This document shows positions 36,201-45,202 of a stretch of 64,000 nt of DNA, one piece after another. The position numbers were made by a program, and so were the translations under genes. The notes beneath the pieces are model-generated. The model saw only the letters and a program-made list of their open reading frames with translations. It did no database searches and had not been told where the DNA came from. This DNA comes from a virus (lineage: Duplodnaviria; Heunggongvirae; Uroviricota; Caudoviricetes). Within the stretch, counting starts at the first letter, position 1. The number at the start of each line of letters is the position of its first letter. Location of the stretch: the IMG/VR virus record IMGVR_UViG_3300025898_000004, positions 30,452 to 94,451 of that record. One strand, 5' to 3'.

Positions 36201-36252
36201 AATCCGCAATATCAACAACGCCACCAGTTACACCGGGTTCGGATCGGGGTGA
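33220..36252 (+). CDS. tape measure protein
   Basis: 1010 aa, Ala-rich coiled-coil N-terminus, central TM segments, canonical position. Confidence 0.9.
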   Translation: MAEQISDLYVLLRADTGQLIGGFTEASVSGEEMAAKVAAVTADVEAEIARMNASLISVGAASDEMALQTTADFEAMSVKTKTLALDFEAMAAKAEASTVAIGTATAKAEEDAAKTAASNAATMAKVSALVGAAGALVIAGTAKMSGDFESATQRLVSSAGESADKLQMVRDGLLQMAGQVGDSSLDLAHAGYFIESMGYHAQAGLDALKAAAEGAKLENADLNTVAKGLTATMNDYGPKVGDAATVMSKLVTAVGDAGTTFEDFTGALHNVLPLASAMNVPFNDIAGALAEMTAHGMSADQASQNLSNALREMQKPSSDMTSYLAQIGITASDLTDKLATRGLTGTLNDISQAIMNKMGPSGKVLISAFNESKQASQDLQVMLQNMPKSLQATATAFLNGQITVNDWRQAIKALPTDQQGMATQFAALANKADGFNNILKQGGPAAQSYSQAMQRATGNATSLNVALMLTGQNTAATNKAVNDIAASTKDADGSVKGWADIQSTFNQKLDEAKAALGAVAIQLGAVFLPILSKVLGALADSAHWLSEHPTLIKAVAIAIGILTVAALAFAAAMVIVNIAMLPEIGVMLAVTAVILAVIAVITILTIIVVEIVNHWQQISDFFVDLWNTVKNAFETAIDWIGDKIGEFIDWVKQIPQKVWDGIKALGSKLADIAKSAWDGFTKFISDGINNTITLLTHFPEKAGFAIGYLIGTLAKKGKEAWDAFTGAIANAWNSTVQWFNDLPNNVSNLMSDAKNWLTGPGKNMVLGWLDAIGQKAEDVWTWMKSVPHKVVSFFDDAGDWLVQKGKDILHGAEDGINNGWESVKAWWSATFPDGIMRFFRNAGNWLYQTGRDILTGLVNGISSAIGWVWDTVTGFISNLIAGVKAGFDSHSPSRVFHAIGEDLMHGLGNGISAKAGTVIDLAKKTTSQIVGAANIGDMTMTGNFTGPSGLATGINRGGAGAQQVTIIGPITVQGNIRTTQQFVRELQQELLRYGIRNINNATSYTGFGSG

Positions 36253-36255
36253 GTC

Positions 36256-38706
36256 ATGGCCAACGCGAACAAGAATTTTGCTTTGACCATGTGGGAAGTC
36301 GATTTCACCGGCGGGCCGCCTGGTCTGGCGGCAACTCGGTACAGCATCAACGCCCCGTATCGTCGCCTGGCGGTACGGGGCGCGGACATCGTGCACGGCC
36401 GCCAGTACGAGTTGGACCAGGTGCAGGCTGGTCAGGCCACCGTGTCCATCACGGACCCGTTGGAACTGCTCACCCCGGCCAACACCGGCTCCGTGTTCAA
36501 CACCGGCTCCAACAAGGTATTGCCGTACCGCCGGTTCCGGGCCGCCGCGATGTGGCCCAACCAACCCGGCTCCGGAAACATCAACAACCCCAACGTGAAC
36601 GGCAACTACGATCCGTCATTCGAATTGGAAACCGTCGGATCCACGTTCCCCGGCGTCTGGGCCCCGGCCGGCGGCACCACCACCTGTGTGGTGAGCAACG
36701 CTCAGCACTTCGTGGGGTCGCAGTCCATGCTGGTCACCCAGTCCGCCGCCGGAGCCGGTTTCGGATCGGTCAACGGATTCCGCACCGCGCCCGGCGTGGA
36801 CTACACCATCAGCCTGTACGTGTACCCCACCAACGGGCCCGTGCTGTTCCAGGTCGTTGACGGCAACGGCGTCACGCACAACTCCGCCACCGCGTCCACA
36901 CTGAACACGTGGACACGGTTGTCCGTGTCGTGGACGTGCGTGGAGGCCCTGGAAAACATCACCGTGTACGGCACCACCGCCAGCACGCCCATGTTCTACG
37001 TGGACGCGGTGATGCTGGAATTCGGGCTGGTATCGCCGTCCGCGTTCACCACCACCGGGCCGACGCTGTATATGCTCCACAACGGCTACGTCGAACGCTG
37101 GCCCACCGCGTACGACAACGCTGGCAAGCGCGCGAACCACCCGCTTCAGGCGGTGGATGGGTTGGCCATCATGTCGCGGACCGCCATTGCCCAGTCCTAT
37201 TTGGCGACGATCACCGCCGATAATCCGCAGTTGTACCTTCCGTTGTCGGACACAGCCGCGCCGGGCCGGTTCACCATCGGCGGCAACAACTTCCTGTCCA
37301 CGCCGTCACCGACTCCCACCGGCTCGTTCAACTGGGCGGGGGACCAGTTCCTGGACGGCACCAACGCGCTGGTGATGACCCAAAAGAACCAGTTCACCCC
37401 GCCGACCAATGGCGGTCTTCAGCAGGACACCGAATGGAACATCACGGCTGGAACATTCAGCGTGAACACGGTGGCCGCCACGTTTGAGGTGTGGTTCAAA
37501 TACAATTCGGGTTTGATCGCTCCGCTTCAGGCGGCCGTCATCACCGACGGCAAAACGGTTCTTCCTGATCAGCAGTATGTTCAAACCAACAGCGCGTTTT
37601 CAGGCAGGCTGGCCGCTTCCGTGGCGGACAATCTGACAAGCACGAACGCGGTTGTCGCGTTCCCGACCGGCACGGGATTCGCCGACGGACAATGGCATTA
37701 CCACGCTGTTACGCTATACACGTCCGGCGGCATGGCGTCCACAGTGGACGGAGTTGAACAGGACTTCGTCATCACCGCCCCCACGGCAATCTGGGGGGTG
37801 AACAATATTCACTTCGGCGTCAGCACAGGATTCGGAAACCCGGACGCGCAAATGTCCGTGTGCAACTGGGCCTACTACCCCCGGGATATCGGGTCGACTG
37901 CGCGCCACAATCACTACCTTCGCGGATCCGGATACATCGGCGAATTGTCCGGCGCGCGCGTGCAACGCCTGATCAACCAGTACTGGAATTCAACGAACTC
38001 CATCGCGGGCGGACAACTAGCGCTGGCACCCGATTTCAGTTACAACGGCCGCACTCTCCTGGATGTGATCCAAGAAATCCAGGAGTCAGAGCGCGGGCTG
38101 GCCTACATGAATGCGGCCGGAACATTCGTGTTCGAAGACCGCACAAGCCGGTACCTGAATCAGACGGCGCTGTGGACGTTCGGGGAGAACGCGGCCGGCG
38201 GAGAGTTCCCGTACACCGATATCCAGTTTGACTACGACCCGACGTACACGTTCAGCCAGGCAAATCTGTCGCGACCGGCGAACAGCAATTTCGCGCCGAT
38301 GGTGAACAGCGCGGCGCAGGCGAACTACGGCCAGCGGATCCTGACGCAAACCGTGCAATGCAACACCGATTTTGACCTGACACAGGCCGGGATCTTCTAT
38401 CTCGCACGTTACGCGGCACCCATCACACGTGTCTCCAAACTGACGTTGGATCCGTCGTCAAACCCGGCCCTGTGGCCGGTCGTGCTGTCGCTGGAAATTT
38501 CCCAGCGGGTCACGGTCAAACGCCGGTCGGACTATCTGACAACCAGCGGCGACTACTACATCGAACAAATCGAACACCACATCGACGCCGAACAGGGCAC
38601 GTGGACGACGGATCTTCAATTGTCGCCCGTGTTCGTGGCGCAGGCGTGGGTGTTGGGGGATGCCACATACGGCGTGCTGGGAACGACAACCGTGCCCGTC
38701 TACTGA
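36256..38706 (+). CDS. minor tail protein (816 aa)
   Basis: Large ORF immediately after tape measure. Confidence 0.7.
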   Translation: MANANKNFALTMWEVDFTGGPPGLAATRYSINAPYRRLAVRGADIVHGRQYELDQVQAGQATVSITDPLELLTPANTGSVFNTGSNKVLPYRRFRAAAMWPNQPGSGNINNPNVNGNYDPSFELETVGSTFPGVWAPAGGTTTCVVSNAQHFVGSQSMLVTQSAAGAGFGSVNGFRTAPGVDYTISLYVYPTNGPVLFQVVDGNGVTHNSATASTLNTWTRLSVSWTCVEALENITVYGTTASTPMFYVDAVMLEFGLVSPSAFTTTGPTLYMLHNGYVERWPTAYDNAGKRANHPLQAVDGLAIMSRTAIAQSYLATITADNPQLYLPLSDTAAPGRFTIGGNNFLSTPSPTPTGSFNWAGDQFLDGTNALVMTQKNQFTPPTNGGLQQDTEWNITAGTFSVNTVAATFEVWFKYNSGLIAPLQAAVITDGKTVLPDQQYVQTNSAFSGRLAASVADNLTSTNAVVAFPTGTGFADGQWHYHAVTLYTSGGMASTVDGVEQDFVITAPTAIWGVNNIHFGVSTGFGNPDAQMSVCNWAYYPRDIGSTARHNHYLRGSGYIGELSGARVQRLINQYWNSTNSIAGGQLALAPDFSYNGRTLLDVIQEIQESERGLAYMNAAGTFVFEDRTSRYLNQTALWTFGENAAGGEFPYTDIQFDYDPTYTFSQANLSRPANSNFAPMVNSAAQANYGQRILTQTVQCNTDFDLTQAGIFYLARYAAPITRVSKLTLDPSSNPALWPVVLSLEISQRVTVKRRSDYLTTSGDYYIEQIEHHIDAEQGTWTTDLQLSPVFVAQAWVLGDATYGVLGTTTVPVY

Positions 38707-38716
38707 GGAGGTTTTC

Positions 38717-38989
38717 ATGGCAGTAGCCAATTATCTCGTGCGACCCATCAAGTATTCGGCGGTGGTGTGGGACGGGACGAACGTCACTGACGTGAATACG
38801 GTGTGCCAGTTGTCGCATTGGTCTTTCACCGCAGACAACGGGGGCACCGCGCACACGCCATTTGGGAACTCTTTTACGGTTGCGACTGGAATGTGGGCTG
38901 TCGCCGGAGACGGCACTGTTCAATTCCTGGGCGACACGGATTTCCAAAATCAGTTCATCGCCGGGTCGTCCTGGATCGTTTCCGCCTGA
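38717..38989 (+). CDS. hypothetical tail-region protein (90 aa)
   Basis: ATG with RBS 'gaggagg' in ORF 38660..38989. Confidence 0.45.
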   Translation: MAVANYLVRPIKYSAVVWDGTNVTDVNTVCQLSHWSFTADNGGTAHTPFGNSFTVATGMWAVAGDGTVQFLGDTDFQNQFIAGSSWIVSA

Positions 38990-39023
38990 AGTCGCGTAGC
39001 GCACATAGGGAGGTCGTCGCGCT

Positions 39024-39590
39024 GTGACAATGCCCACTTTCACCGATGGCAACGTGGTTCACCAAGCATCACTGAACGCGCTGTCCACCGGTATCAACAA
39101 TATTAACACCACCGTCACCGGGGCTGCTGCGCCGCGCTCCTATGTACCCACCGTACGGTTGCGGCGAGTAGCCGGACAGAACATCACCAACAATACGAAC
39201 ACCACGATCAGTTGGGACACCATCGACGTCAACAATGACAACATGTTCACGCTGGTGTCGCCCACTCAGATCACTATCCAGACGGCCGGCAGCTACGCGT
39301 TTGACTGCGAATTCGGCTTCACGCTTAACGGCTCCGGTCACCGTGTCATCTGGGGCACGAAAAACGGAACCAGCACAACGGCCAACAGCGTGGCTACAGA
39401 CGAACAAACGGCCATGAGCGGGGCAACCGGCCGGGGCAACACTATGCACATGGCGACCGTAATGCCGAACTGTGTAGTCGGTGATACATTCTTTGTGATT
39501 GTGTTCCAAGATTCCGGCGTCACTCTCACTAGCATCACCAGTGGTTTTCAGCCGGTTTCCAGTTTGTCTATGTGGCGCATCGGCCAGTGA
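39024..39590 (+). CDS. minor tail protein (188 aa)
   Basis: ORF track; Asn/Thr-rich; RBS 'gggagg'. Confidence 0.5.
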   Translation: MTMPTFTDGNVVHQASLNALSTGINNINTTVTGAAAPRSYVPTVRLRRVAGQNITNNTNTTISWDTIDVNNDNMFTLVSPTQITIQTAGSYAFDCEFGFTLNGSGHRVIWGTKNGTSTTANSVATDEQTAMSGATGRGNTMHMATVMPNCVVGDTFFVIVFQDSGVTLTSITSGFQPVSSLSMWRIGQ

Positions 39591-39602
39591 CGGAGGTCCC
39601 CG

Positions 39603-40631
39603 ATGACTGAATATGGAATCGACGTGTCCGGTTGGAACAGCGTGTCCGATTGGGGCGCGGTGCGCGGCAACGGCATCACGTTCGCGTCCATCAAAGTCAC
39701 CGAATCCGCCGGCTACGTGTCCCCAGACGCGTCGGGGCAGACCAACGGGGCACGGAACGCGGGCATCGCACCGGGCGGCTACCACTTCGCGCGTAGCGAC
39801 ACCACCCCGGAGGCGCAGGCCCAGTTCTTCGCGTCGGAATGCCGGGCGCGGGCGCTGTTGCTGAACGGCTCGTTCGTGCCGATGCTCGATCTTGAAGCGG
39901 CGGAGTTGCGGGCGACCGCGAACGACTTCACTCGCCGGTTCATCCACGCGTTCCGCATTTACAGTGGACAGCCGAAAATCGCGGTGTACAGCAACACCGA
40001 CTGGTTCCGCAACGTCCTAGACATGTCGTGGGCCGACGACAACGTGTTTCTGTGGATCGCAGCGTGGAACGGCGACCCCGGCAATCCAGGTTGGTCACAT
40101 CCGCGTCTGGCGTTGCATCAGCACACCGACGCCGGAACCGTGCCAGGTGTGGCCGGGACGGTGGACCGGGACGCCACTGTGGCCCCGTTCACCCTCGCGT
40201 CCATGCTCGTGGGGGACACACAACTCATTTCCGACGGAGTGGCATCAACCCCAGGAGACATCATGTTTCAATTCGTGTGCAATATCGACACCTTCGAGCC
40301 CGCCACCGGCAACCTGAGCGACAAGGCCACCACCAACGCGAATGTGCTGCTGTTGCTGGGTGGCGGATACGCCCAGCCGGCCACGTGGGCTGACGTGCAG
40401 GCCAAGGACAAGACATACAACGGCGACGGGACCGGCTCCGTGCTGGGACTGCCCGGGGCCGCCTACGCCGGCTATGTGGCCCTGGACGCGGCGGTACGCG
40501 CCCGGGATACCGCATTGGCCGGGCTCGGTTCGGCCGGCGCGGCGGGCGCGACCCCAGCGGAGGTGACGTCTATTGTGGACGCCGCGTTTGCCGGCCACAC
40601 TGGGACGCTGACCTACCACGTCAACGGGTGA
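39603..40631 (+). CDS. endolysin, GH25 muramidase domain (motif 'YGIDVSGWN') with C-terminal domain
   Basis: GH25 signature read directly; followed by small membrane proteins. Confidence 0.75.
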   Translation: MTEYGIDVSGWNSVSDWGAVRGNGITFASIKVTESAGYVSPDASGQTNGARNAGIAPGGYHFARSDTTPEAQAQFFASECRARALLLNGSFVPMLDLEAAELRATANDFTRRFIHAFRIYSGQPKIAVYSNTDWFRNVLDMSWADDNVFLWIAAWNGDPGNPGWSHPRLALHQHTDAGTVPGVAGTVDRDATVAPFTLASMLVGDTQLISDGVASTPGDIMFQFVCNIDTFEPATGNLSDKATTNANVLLLLGGGYAQPATWADVQAKDKTYNGDGTGSVLGLPGAAYAGYVALDAAVRARDTALAGLGSAGAAGATPAEVTSIVDAAFAGHTGTLTYHVNG

Positions 40632-41086
40632 CCCGGGTGATCATGGCGCGCGGCGGTGTGCCGGTTCTGGTGCGGTCTGGCCGCAACCCGTTCGAGGTGC
40701 TGATGCTGTGCGCGTGCGCTTTCGCTGGAGCTATCGGTCTTCTCGCGCCGAACGCGTCGGCAAATGCGGTCACCAACACGTTGCCGCATTGGGAAGTGCT
40801 GTGCTGGTATAGCGGTTTACTCGCGGGGGGCGTCATCAGTTTGGTCGGCGTAGCCAGGGGAGGAGTGATGTCACTTCTCGTGGAACGTGTCGGCATCATT
40901 CTTCTTGGCTGCCTCATGCTGGCATACGCTCTTGCGCTTTTTGCGCAAGTCGGTGTCCGGGGGACACTTCCGGCTTTGGTTACAGGATTGTTCGCCGTGG
41001 CGTGCGTCGTTCGTTTCGTGTACATCACGGTGGACCTGAAACGCATGGAGGACGTTGCCACCAAGCAATTGGACGGTGACGAATGA
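40628..41086 (+). CDS. holin-like membrane protein (4 predicted TM helices)
   Basis: Hydrophobic segments; GTGA overlap with lysin stop (alternative ATG 40643). Confidence 0.5.
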   Translation: MTRVIMARGGVPVLVRSGRNPFEVLMLCACAFAGAIGLLAPNASANAVTNTLPHWEVLCWYSGLLAGGVISLVGVARGGVMSLLVERVGIILLGCLMLAYALALFAQVGVRGTLPALVTGLFAVACVVRFVYITVDLKRMEDVATKQLDGDE

Positions 41087-41463
41087 ATTGGGCAGACATC
41101 ACCGCTCTCATCGGCGCTCTTGGAGGTGCCGGTGGTGTGCTCGCCTTTATCGACGGATACAGGAAGCGGAAGCGTATTCCTATCGATCAGTCTACCGCTA
41201 TCGCAAACAACGCGGTCGCTTTGATTGAACGGCTGCAAACACAAGCCGACACCCTGCAACGGCAGTTGTATAATGCGAACAGCCGTGCGGATGACTTGGC
41301 GGAAAAGCTGAAAGCGGCCAACGCGCGGGCGGATGATTTGCAGGACAAGCACGACACGCTATTGCTTCAGTTGTCCGACGCGCAGTTTCAGATGCGGAGT
41401 ATGCGGACCACGATCAACACACTATCCGCGACTCTGAACCGACACGGAATCACTGAAACATAG
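41083..41463 (+). CDS. membrane-anchored coiled-coil protein (lysis cassette)
   Basis: N-terminal TM plus heptad-like repeats. Confidence 0.45.
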   Translation: MNWADITALIGALGGAGGVLAFIDGYRKRKRIPIDQSTAIANNAVALIERLQTQADTLQRQLYNANSRADDLAEKLKAANARADDLQDKHDTLLLQLSDAQFQMRSMRTTINTLSATLNRHGITET

Positions 41464-41473
41464 GAGGTCGCAC

Positions 41474-41890
41474 GTGATTGCCATTGGACGCACAGTCCAT
41501 TACGTGAGCTACGGCACCCGCAACGGCGAATACACGCCGGAGTGCCGGGCCGCGATCATCACGGAAGTGGGCCAGTGGGTGACGGTTTTGCAACAAGAAT
41601 TTCCGGCCGATCCGGAGCCGCTGGGACCTAGCATTACCCAGGCAGACGGGACTGTTATCCATTTTGTTGACGGAAACGGGAACCCGTTGACGTTCCCGGG
41701 AACGGATAAGCGGACCCGCGTCCTTGTCCAGGAATTTCACCCTGAGGCGTGCTCCATGTCGGTGCATAACCCGACCGGCGTGTTCTTCAACTCCGGCGGA
41801 GTGCCGATCGAGCACGACGAGACCAAGAAGCCGGGAACCTGGCACTGGCCGGAGGGATCCCCGGCCGCGCAGGAGGCGATGGCATCGTGA
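41474..41890 (+). CDS. hypothetical protein (138 aa, GTG start)
   Basis: RBS 'taggaggtcgcac' before GTG. Confidence 0.5.
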   Translation: MIAIGRTVHYVSYGTRNGEYTPECRAAIITEVGQWVTVLQQEFPADPEPLGPSITQADGTVIHFVDGNGNPLTFPGTDKRTRVLVQEFHPEACSMSVHNPTGVFFNSGGVPIEHDETKKPGTWHWPEGSPAAQEAMAS

Positions 41891-42036
41891 CCGTGTTGCG
41901 GGCGGTTCTGGTGCCGCTGGCTGGCCTGTTGCTGGCGCTGGCGTTCCTGATCGGCGGCCGGGCCGCCACGGTGCTGGCCGCTGTCTCGGTCGCCCTGTTC
42001 GGTGTGGCGACATTTCTTGGCCTGATGGGAGAGTGA
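41887..42036 (+). CDS. small hydrophobic protein (49 aa, 2 TM)
   Basis: Manual read, GTGA overlap with upstream gene; below ORF-track cutoff. Confidence 0.3.
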   Translation: MTVLRAVLVPLAGLLLALAFLIGGRAATVLAAVSVALFGVATFLGLMGE

Positions 42037-42040
42037 CCCG

Positions 42041-42343
42041 ATGTCGGACAAGGTGATCGCATGGTTGCGCACCGTGGTTCCCGCGTTGTGGGGGCTGGCC
42101 GTGGCGTGGCTGGTGACCCGCATCCCGGCCCTCGCGGCGGTTGCTGACGGCCTCAACGGTATCGGCTTGGCCGTTCTGGTGCCGGCGGCCATCGCACTGT
42201 GGAAGTGGGCGTTCACGGCCGCTGAGGGCGCGTTGCCGCCGTGGCTGACGGCAGTTCTGTTGGGCCACCCGGCCGCGCCGACCTACACACAACCGACACC
42301 ACCCACGCCCGTGGTGCCGACGGTGACACCGATCAGTGAGTGA
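42041..42343 (+). CDS. membrane protein (2 TM) with Pro/Thr-rich tail
   Basis: ORF track; TGATG coupling. Confidence 0.45.
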   Translation: MSDKVIAWLRTVVPALWGLAVAWLVTRIPALAAVADGLNGIGLAVLVPAAIALWKWAFTAAEGALPPWLTAVLLGHPAAPTYTQPTPPTPVVPTVTPISE

Positions 42344-42346
42344 ACG

Positions 42347-42387
42347 AAAAGCCCCCGCCTGGGAACTTCCCGGGCGGGGGCTTTTCT
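42347..42387. terminator. bidirectional hairpin aaagcccccgcc/ggcgggggcttt at the junction of the + and - gene blocks
   Basis: Seen directly; T-run on + side. Confidence 0.7.
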
Positions 42388-42402
42388 GCGTTCTGGGGAA
42401 GT

Positions 42403-42795
42403 TCAGACGGTCGCCAGTTCCGGTTCCGGCGCGTGCGCTTCCTGGAACCGGGCCAGCAGCTCCGCCGGGATCCGGCCACGCTCGCTGACCTTCTCGCCCT
42501 GGCTGCGCGCCCACTCGCGGACGGCCTGGTTCTGCTCCCGGCTGAGGTTCGTGCCGGTTGCGCGCTTCTCGCCGGACCGGGTGGCCCGCGCGGTTCCGGT
42601 GCTCTTTGGAGTCCTCGGGGTCTTCACGCGCTGTGCGCTCTCCACGAACGCTTCCAGCCGTCCGCGCAGTTCGGCTGCGTTGGCCTTCGTCAGGTCGATC
42701 GTGTACTCGATCCCGTCCAGACCGAAGTAAACCGATTCGTCGGCCGGCTCTCCGGTGATGTCGTCGACCAGTTCCACGACTGTCTTGCTCGCCAT
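42403..42795 (-). CDS. lsr2: Lsr2-like nucleoid-associated protein (N-terminal 'TVVELVDDITGEPADESVYFGLDGIEYTIDL', C-terminal 'RGRIPAELLARFQEA' DNA-binding motif)
   Basis: Recalled close similarity to mycobacterial Lsr2 in both domains; ATG 42795 (MASKTV) in ORF 42403..42831. Confidence 0.8.
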   Translation of the reverse strand: MASKTVVELVDDITGEPADESVYFGLDGIEYTIDLTKANAAELRGRLEAFVESAQRVKTPRTPKSTGTARATRSGEKRATGTNLSREQNQAVREWARSQGEKVSERGRIPAELLARFQEAHAPEPELATV

Positions 42796-42834
42796 CTTCC
42801 TTGACCTCCTTGAGTCGTTATTACGGAGCATATC

Positions 42835-43269
42835 CTACGCGGGAATGTTTTGATGCCGGGGGCAGGAACATCCCGGATAGGTCACGTTAACCACGAAGTC
42901 GGTGTGCGGGTCGTTCACGTGGTCCAGGATCTCAATCACGTGATCGAGGCTGGTGAACCAGCCGGTGAGCGCCCCGGCCTTCGCCCATCGTTTCATCGCG
43001 CCGACCTGAACCGGGGTGGGCTTGCCGCCGTCGGGGGCCTTGCACTCCAGCTTCACGGACCGGCCGCGCATCACGGCGTCCACGTCGGGTTCTCCGGCGT
43101 TGCCGAACTGGGAGCCGTGGACCTTCCGGGCGTACCCACATTCAAACGATCGAATGTAGCTGATGGCCACGTTCACGATCTCCTTTTCGGGCACACGCCG
43201 GGGCCGTTCAGCCTTGCGTGCCGCGAGCTTCCGGAGCGGTTCCGGGTCGAACGGCGCGTCCTCGATCAT
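42835..43269 (-). CDS. VRR-NUC domain nuclease (PD-(D/E)XK: 'GEPDVD...LECKAPDGKPTPVQ')
   Basis: Motif pattern read directly. Confidence 0.6.
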   Translation of the reverse strand: MIEDAPFDPEPLRKLAARKAERPRRVPEKEIVNVAISYIRSFECGYARKVHGSQFGNAGEPDVDAVMRGRSVKLECKAPDGGKPTPVQVGAMKRWAKAGALTGWFTSLDHVIEILDHVNDPHTDFVVNVTYPGCSCPRHQNIPA

Positions 43270-43475
43270 CGCTTTACCTCCCTGATGCGGTCGTGGCGTA
43301 CGGTCACCTGGTTGCCCTTGGAGTTGGTGAACACGTACCGCTGAACGTCGTCACCGAACATGTTGACAGCGCCCATCATGCTGCCCTTGTTCACCACGTG
43401 CGTGATACCGTCGTTCATCTCCACGTAAGTGATTTCATCGATTGGGATCCCGTCGATTTTGCGAGTCAGAGTCAC
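43266..43475 (-). CDS. hypothetical protein (69 aa)
   Basis: ORF track, coupled. Confidence 0.45.
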   Translation of the reverse strand: MTLTRKIDGIPIDEITYVEMNDGITHVVNKGSMMGAVNMFGDDVQRYVFTNSKGNQVTVRHDRIREVKR

Positions 43476-45172
43476 AGCGCTTCCAATCGAGTCGGAATCA
43501 ACCCGTTCATGTACATATTGCCGTTTGGGGCGAGCACGCGAAGCGATTCCTTCGCGCGAGTCATGCCCACATAGAACTGGCGGATCACTTCGTCCTTGCT
43601 GTCCCGCTGCTGCTGCATGGACACACGAGTGGCGTTCGAAATATCGGGGGCCAGGTACACGACGTCCGCGCCCGCGCCCTTGACACTGTGAATCGTGCCC
43701 ACCACCACGCGCGGCTGCTCATTCAATGCCGCGTGCCCGCGCTGCCGAGCTACCTCAAGCGGATACGTCGCGTAATCCGCTTTTGCCTTCAACAGGCACG
43801 ACGCCAACCAATCCGGGTCCGGTTGCGTCGCCCAGTCCAACGCCTCCTCCGTCTTGAACAAGGTCACGATGTCCTCATACGGAACCGGATCACGGCCCCA
43901 CGCCGCCGCAATCCGCTTCGCGTTCGACACCAGGCCGGCGTCCTTGATCTTCACCAATTCCATCCACGACTGAACATCCTCACCAGTCCAATCCCGGTCA
44001 GCCAGAACCAAGTAACGGTAGACACGCTCCGCCGTGGACTGCACGTCATCCCGGCCGCCGCCAAACGGGTTCCACCGCATTTCCGCCGGCCGGTACGGAT
44101 TGTGGAACGGCACACCTTCCGCCCGCAAGTTGCTAATCACCGGCTCCAACATGTAATTACACGACGCAACCACCATGACGTCCTTGCCGGCGTCCAGATC
44201 CTGGTTGATTCGAACCACCAGATCCGGGTTCCCCAGGCTTTCCGGCACAGTGAACGCGGTACCGCCGATGATCTCGCCCGTGTCCGTGTCACCGTTCAGC
44301 CGGGTCCGCGCCGTGTACGCCTTGTCCTTCCGGAACGACACGTGACGAATCCAGTCCTCCGCGATCAGCCGCACGTTCTCCGGCACCCGGTGCGACTTCG
44401 TCAGCATGTGGTCGGACACGTTGTCGCCGTGCAACATCAGCATCGGATCCGGGCTGCCGCCACGCCATCCGTTGATCGCTTGGTCGTCGTCGCCGGCCAG
44501 CACGGTTCGAGTCGCGTGTTGGCCCCATGCCAGCACGAGCGCTGTTTCCAGCGGAGTCATGTCCTGCGACTCGTCGGAGATGATGAACTGCGGATTCCCG
44601 GGCGCGTGCTCTCCGTCTCGGGCGCGTTCCAACGCGCTTTCGATCATGTCGGAGAAGTCGACCGCGACGACATCCCGCTTCCATGAATTCCAACGGGTGG
44701 CGAAGTCGAGGATGTTACGCGGCCACTCCTCGATCGGAACCATTTTGGCGCGCAACAGATCCAGGCACCCGAGGTGATCGTCTCCGGTGACAGCCTTCGT
44801 CGGATCGGTGACGAACTTTCCGGTGTCGCCGCCGCCGTCGCGCCGTGAGGCTGTGATCCGTAACGTGGACTGGTTGTTCCAGTCCTCGATCACCTTCGGG
44901 TCCAGGGCCACGCTGCTGTGCCCAGTGGCGCGGTAGGCGTGGCTGTGCAAAGTGCCGACCATCTTCTTGTTGGGCCGATACACCGCGTTGTTTTCGGTGA
45001 ACTTCTGCACGATGGCGTGGGCCGCCGTTGTGGAAAATGAACAGATCAGCGTGGAGTCCGCTCCGTTGTCGCGGATCAGTTTGTAAATCTCCCGGGCGAG
45101 ATAGGTGGTCTTGCCTGTGCCGGGCGGCCCGAACACGCGCAACGCCTCACCGGTGAACGCGGTGCCTTCCAT
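43472..45172 (-). CDS. SF1 UvrD/PcrA/RecD-like DNA helicase (Walker A 'GPPGTGKTT', C-terminal 'TIHSVKGAGADVV')
   Basis: ORF track; ATG 45172 with RBS 'caccaaggagtgcacacc'. Confidence 0.75.
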   Translation of the reverse strand: MEGTAFTGEALRVFGPPGTGKTTYLAREIYKLIRDNGADSTLICSFSTTAAHAIVQKFTENNAVYRPNKKMVGTLHSHAYRATGHSSVALDPKVIEDWNNQSTLRITASRRDGGGDTGKFVTDPTKAVTGDDHLGCLDLLRAKMVPIEEWPRNILDFATRWNSWKRDVVAVDFSDMIESALERARDGEHAPGNPQFIISDESQDMTPLETALVLAWGQHATRTVLAGDDDQAINGWRGGSPDPMLMLHGDNVSDHMLTKSHRVPENVRLIAEDWIRHVSFRKDKAYTARTRLNGDTDTGEIIGGTAFTVPESLGNPDLVVRINQDLDAGKDVMVVASCNYMLEPVISNLRAEGVPFHNPYRPAEMRWNPFGGGRDDVQSTAERVYRYLVLADRDWTGEDVQSWMELVKIKDAGLVSNAKRIAAAWGRDPVPYEDIVTLFKTEEALDWATQPDPDWLASCLLKAKADYATYPLEVARQRGHAALNEQPRVVVGTIHSVKGAGADVVYLAPDISNATRVSMQQQRDSKDEVIRQFYVGMTRAKESLRVLAPNGNMYMNGLIPTRLEAL

Positions 45173-45202
45173 GGTGTGCACTCCTTGGTGTGTAACGGAT
45201 TC

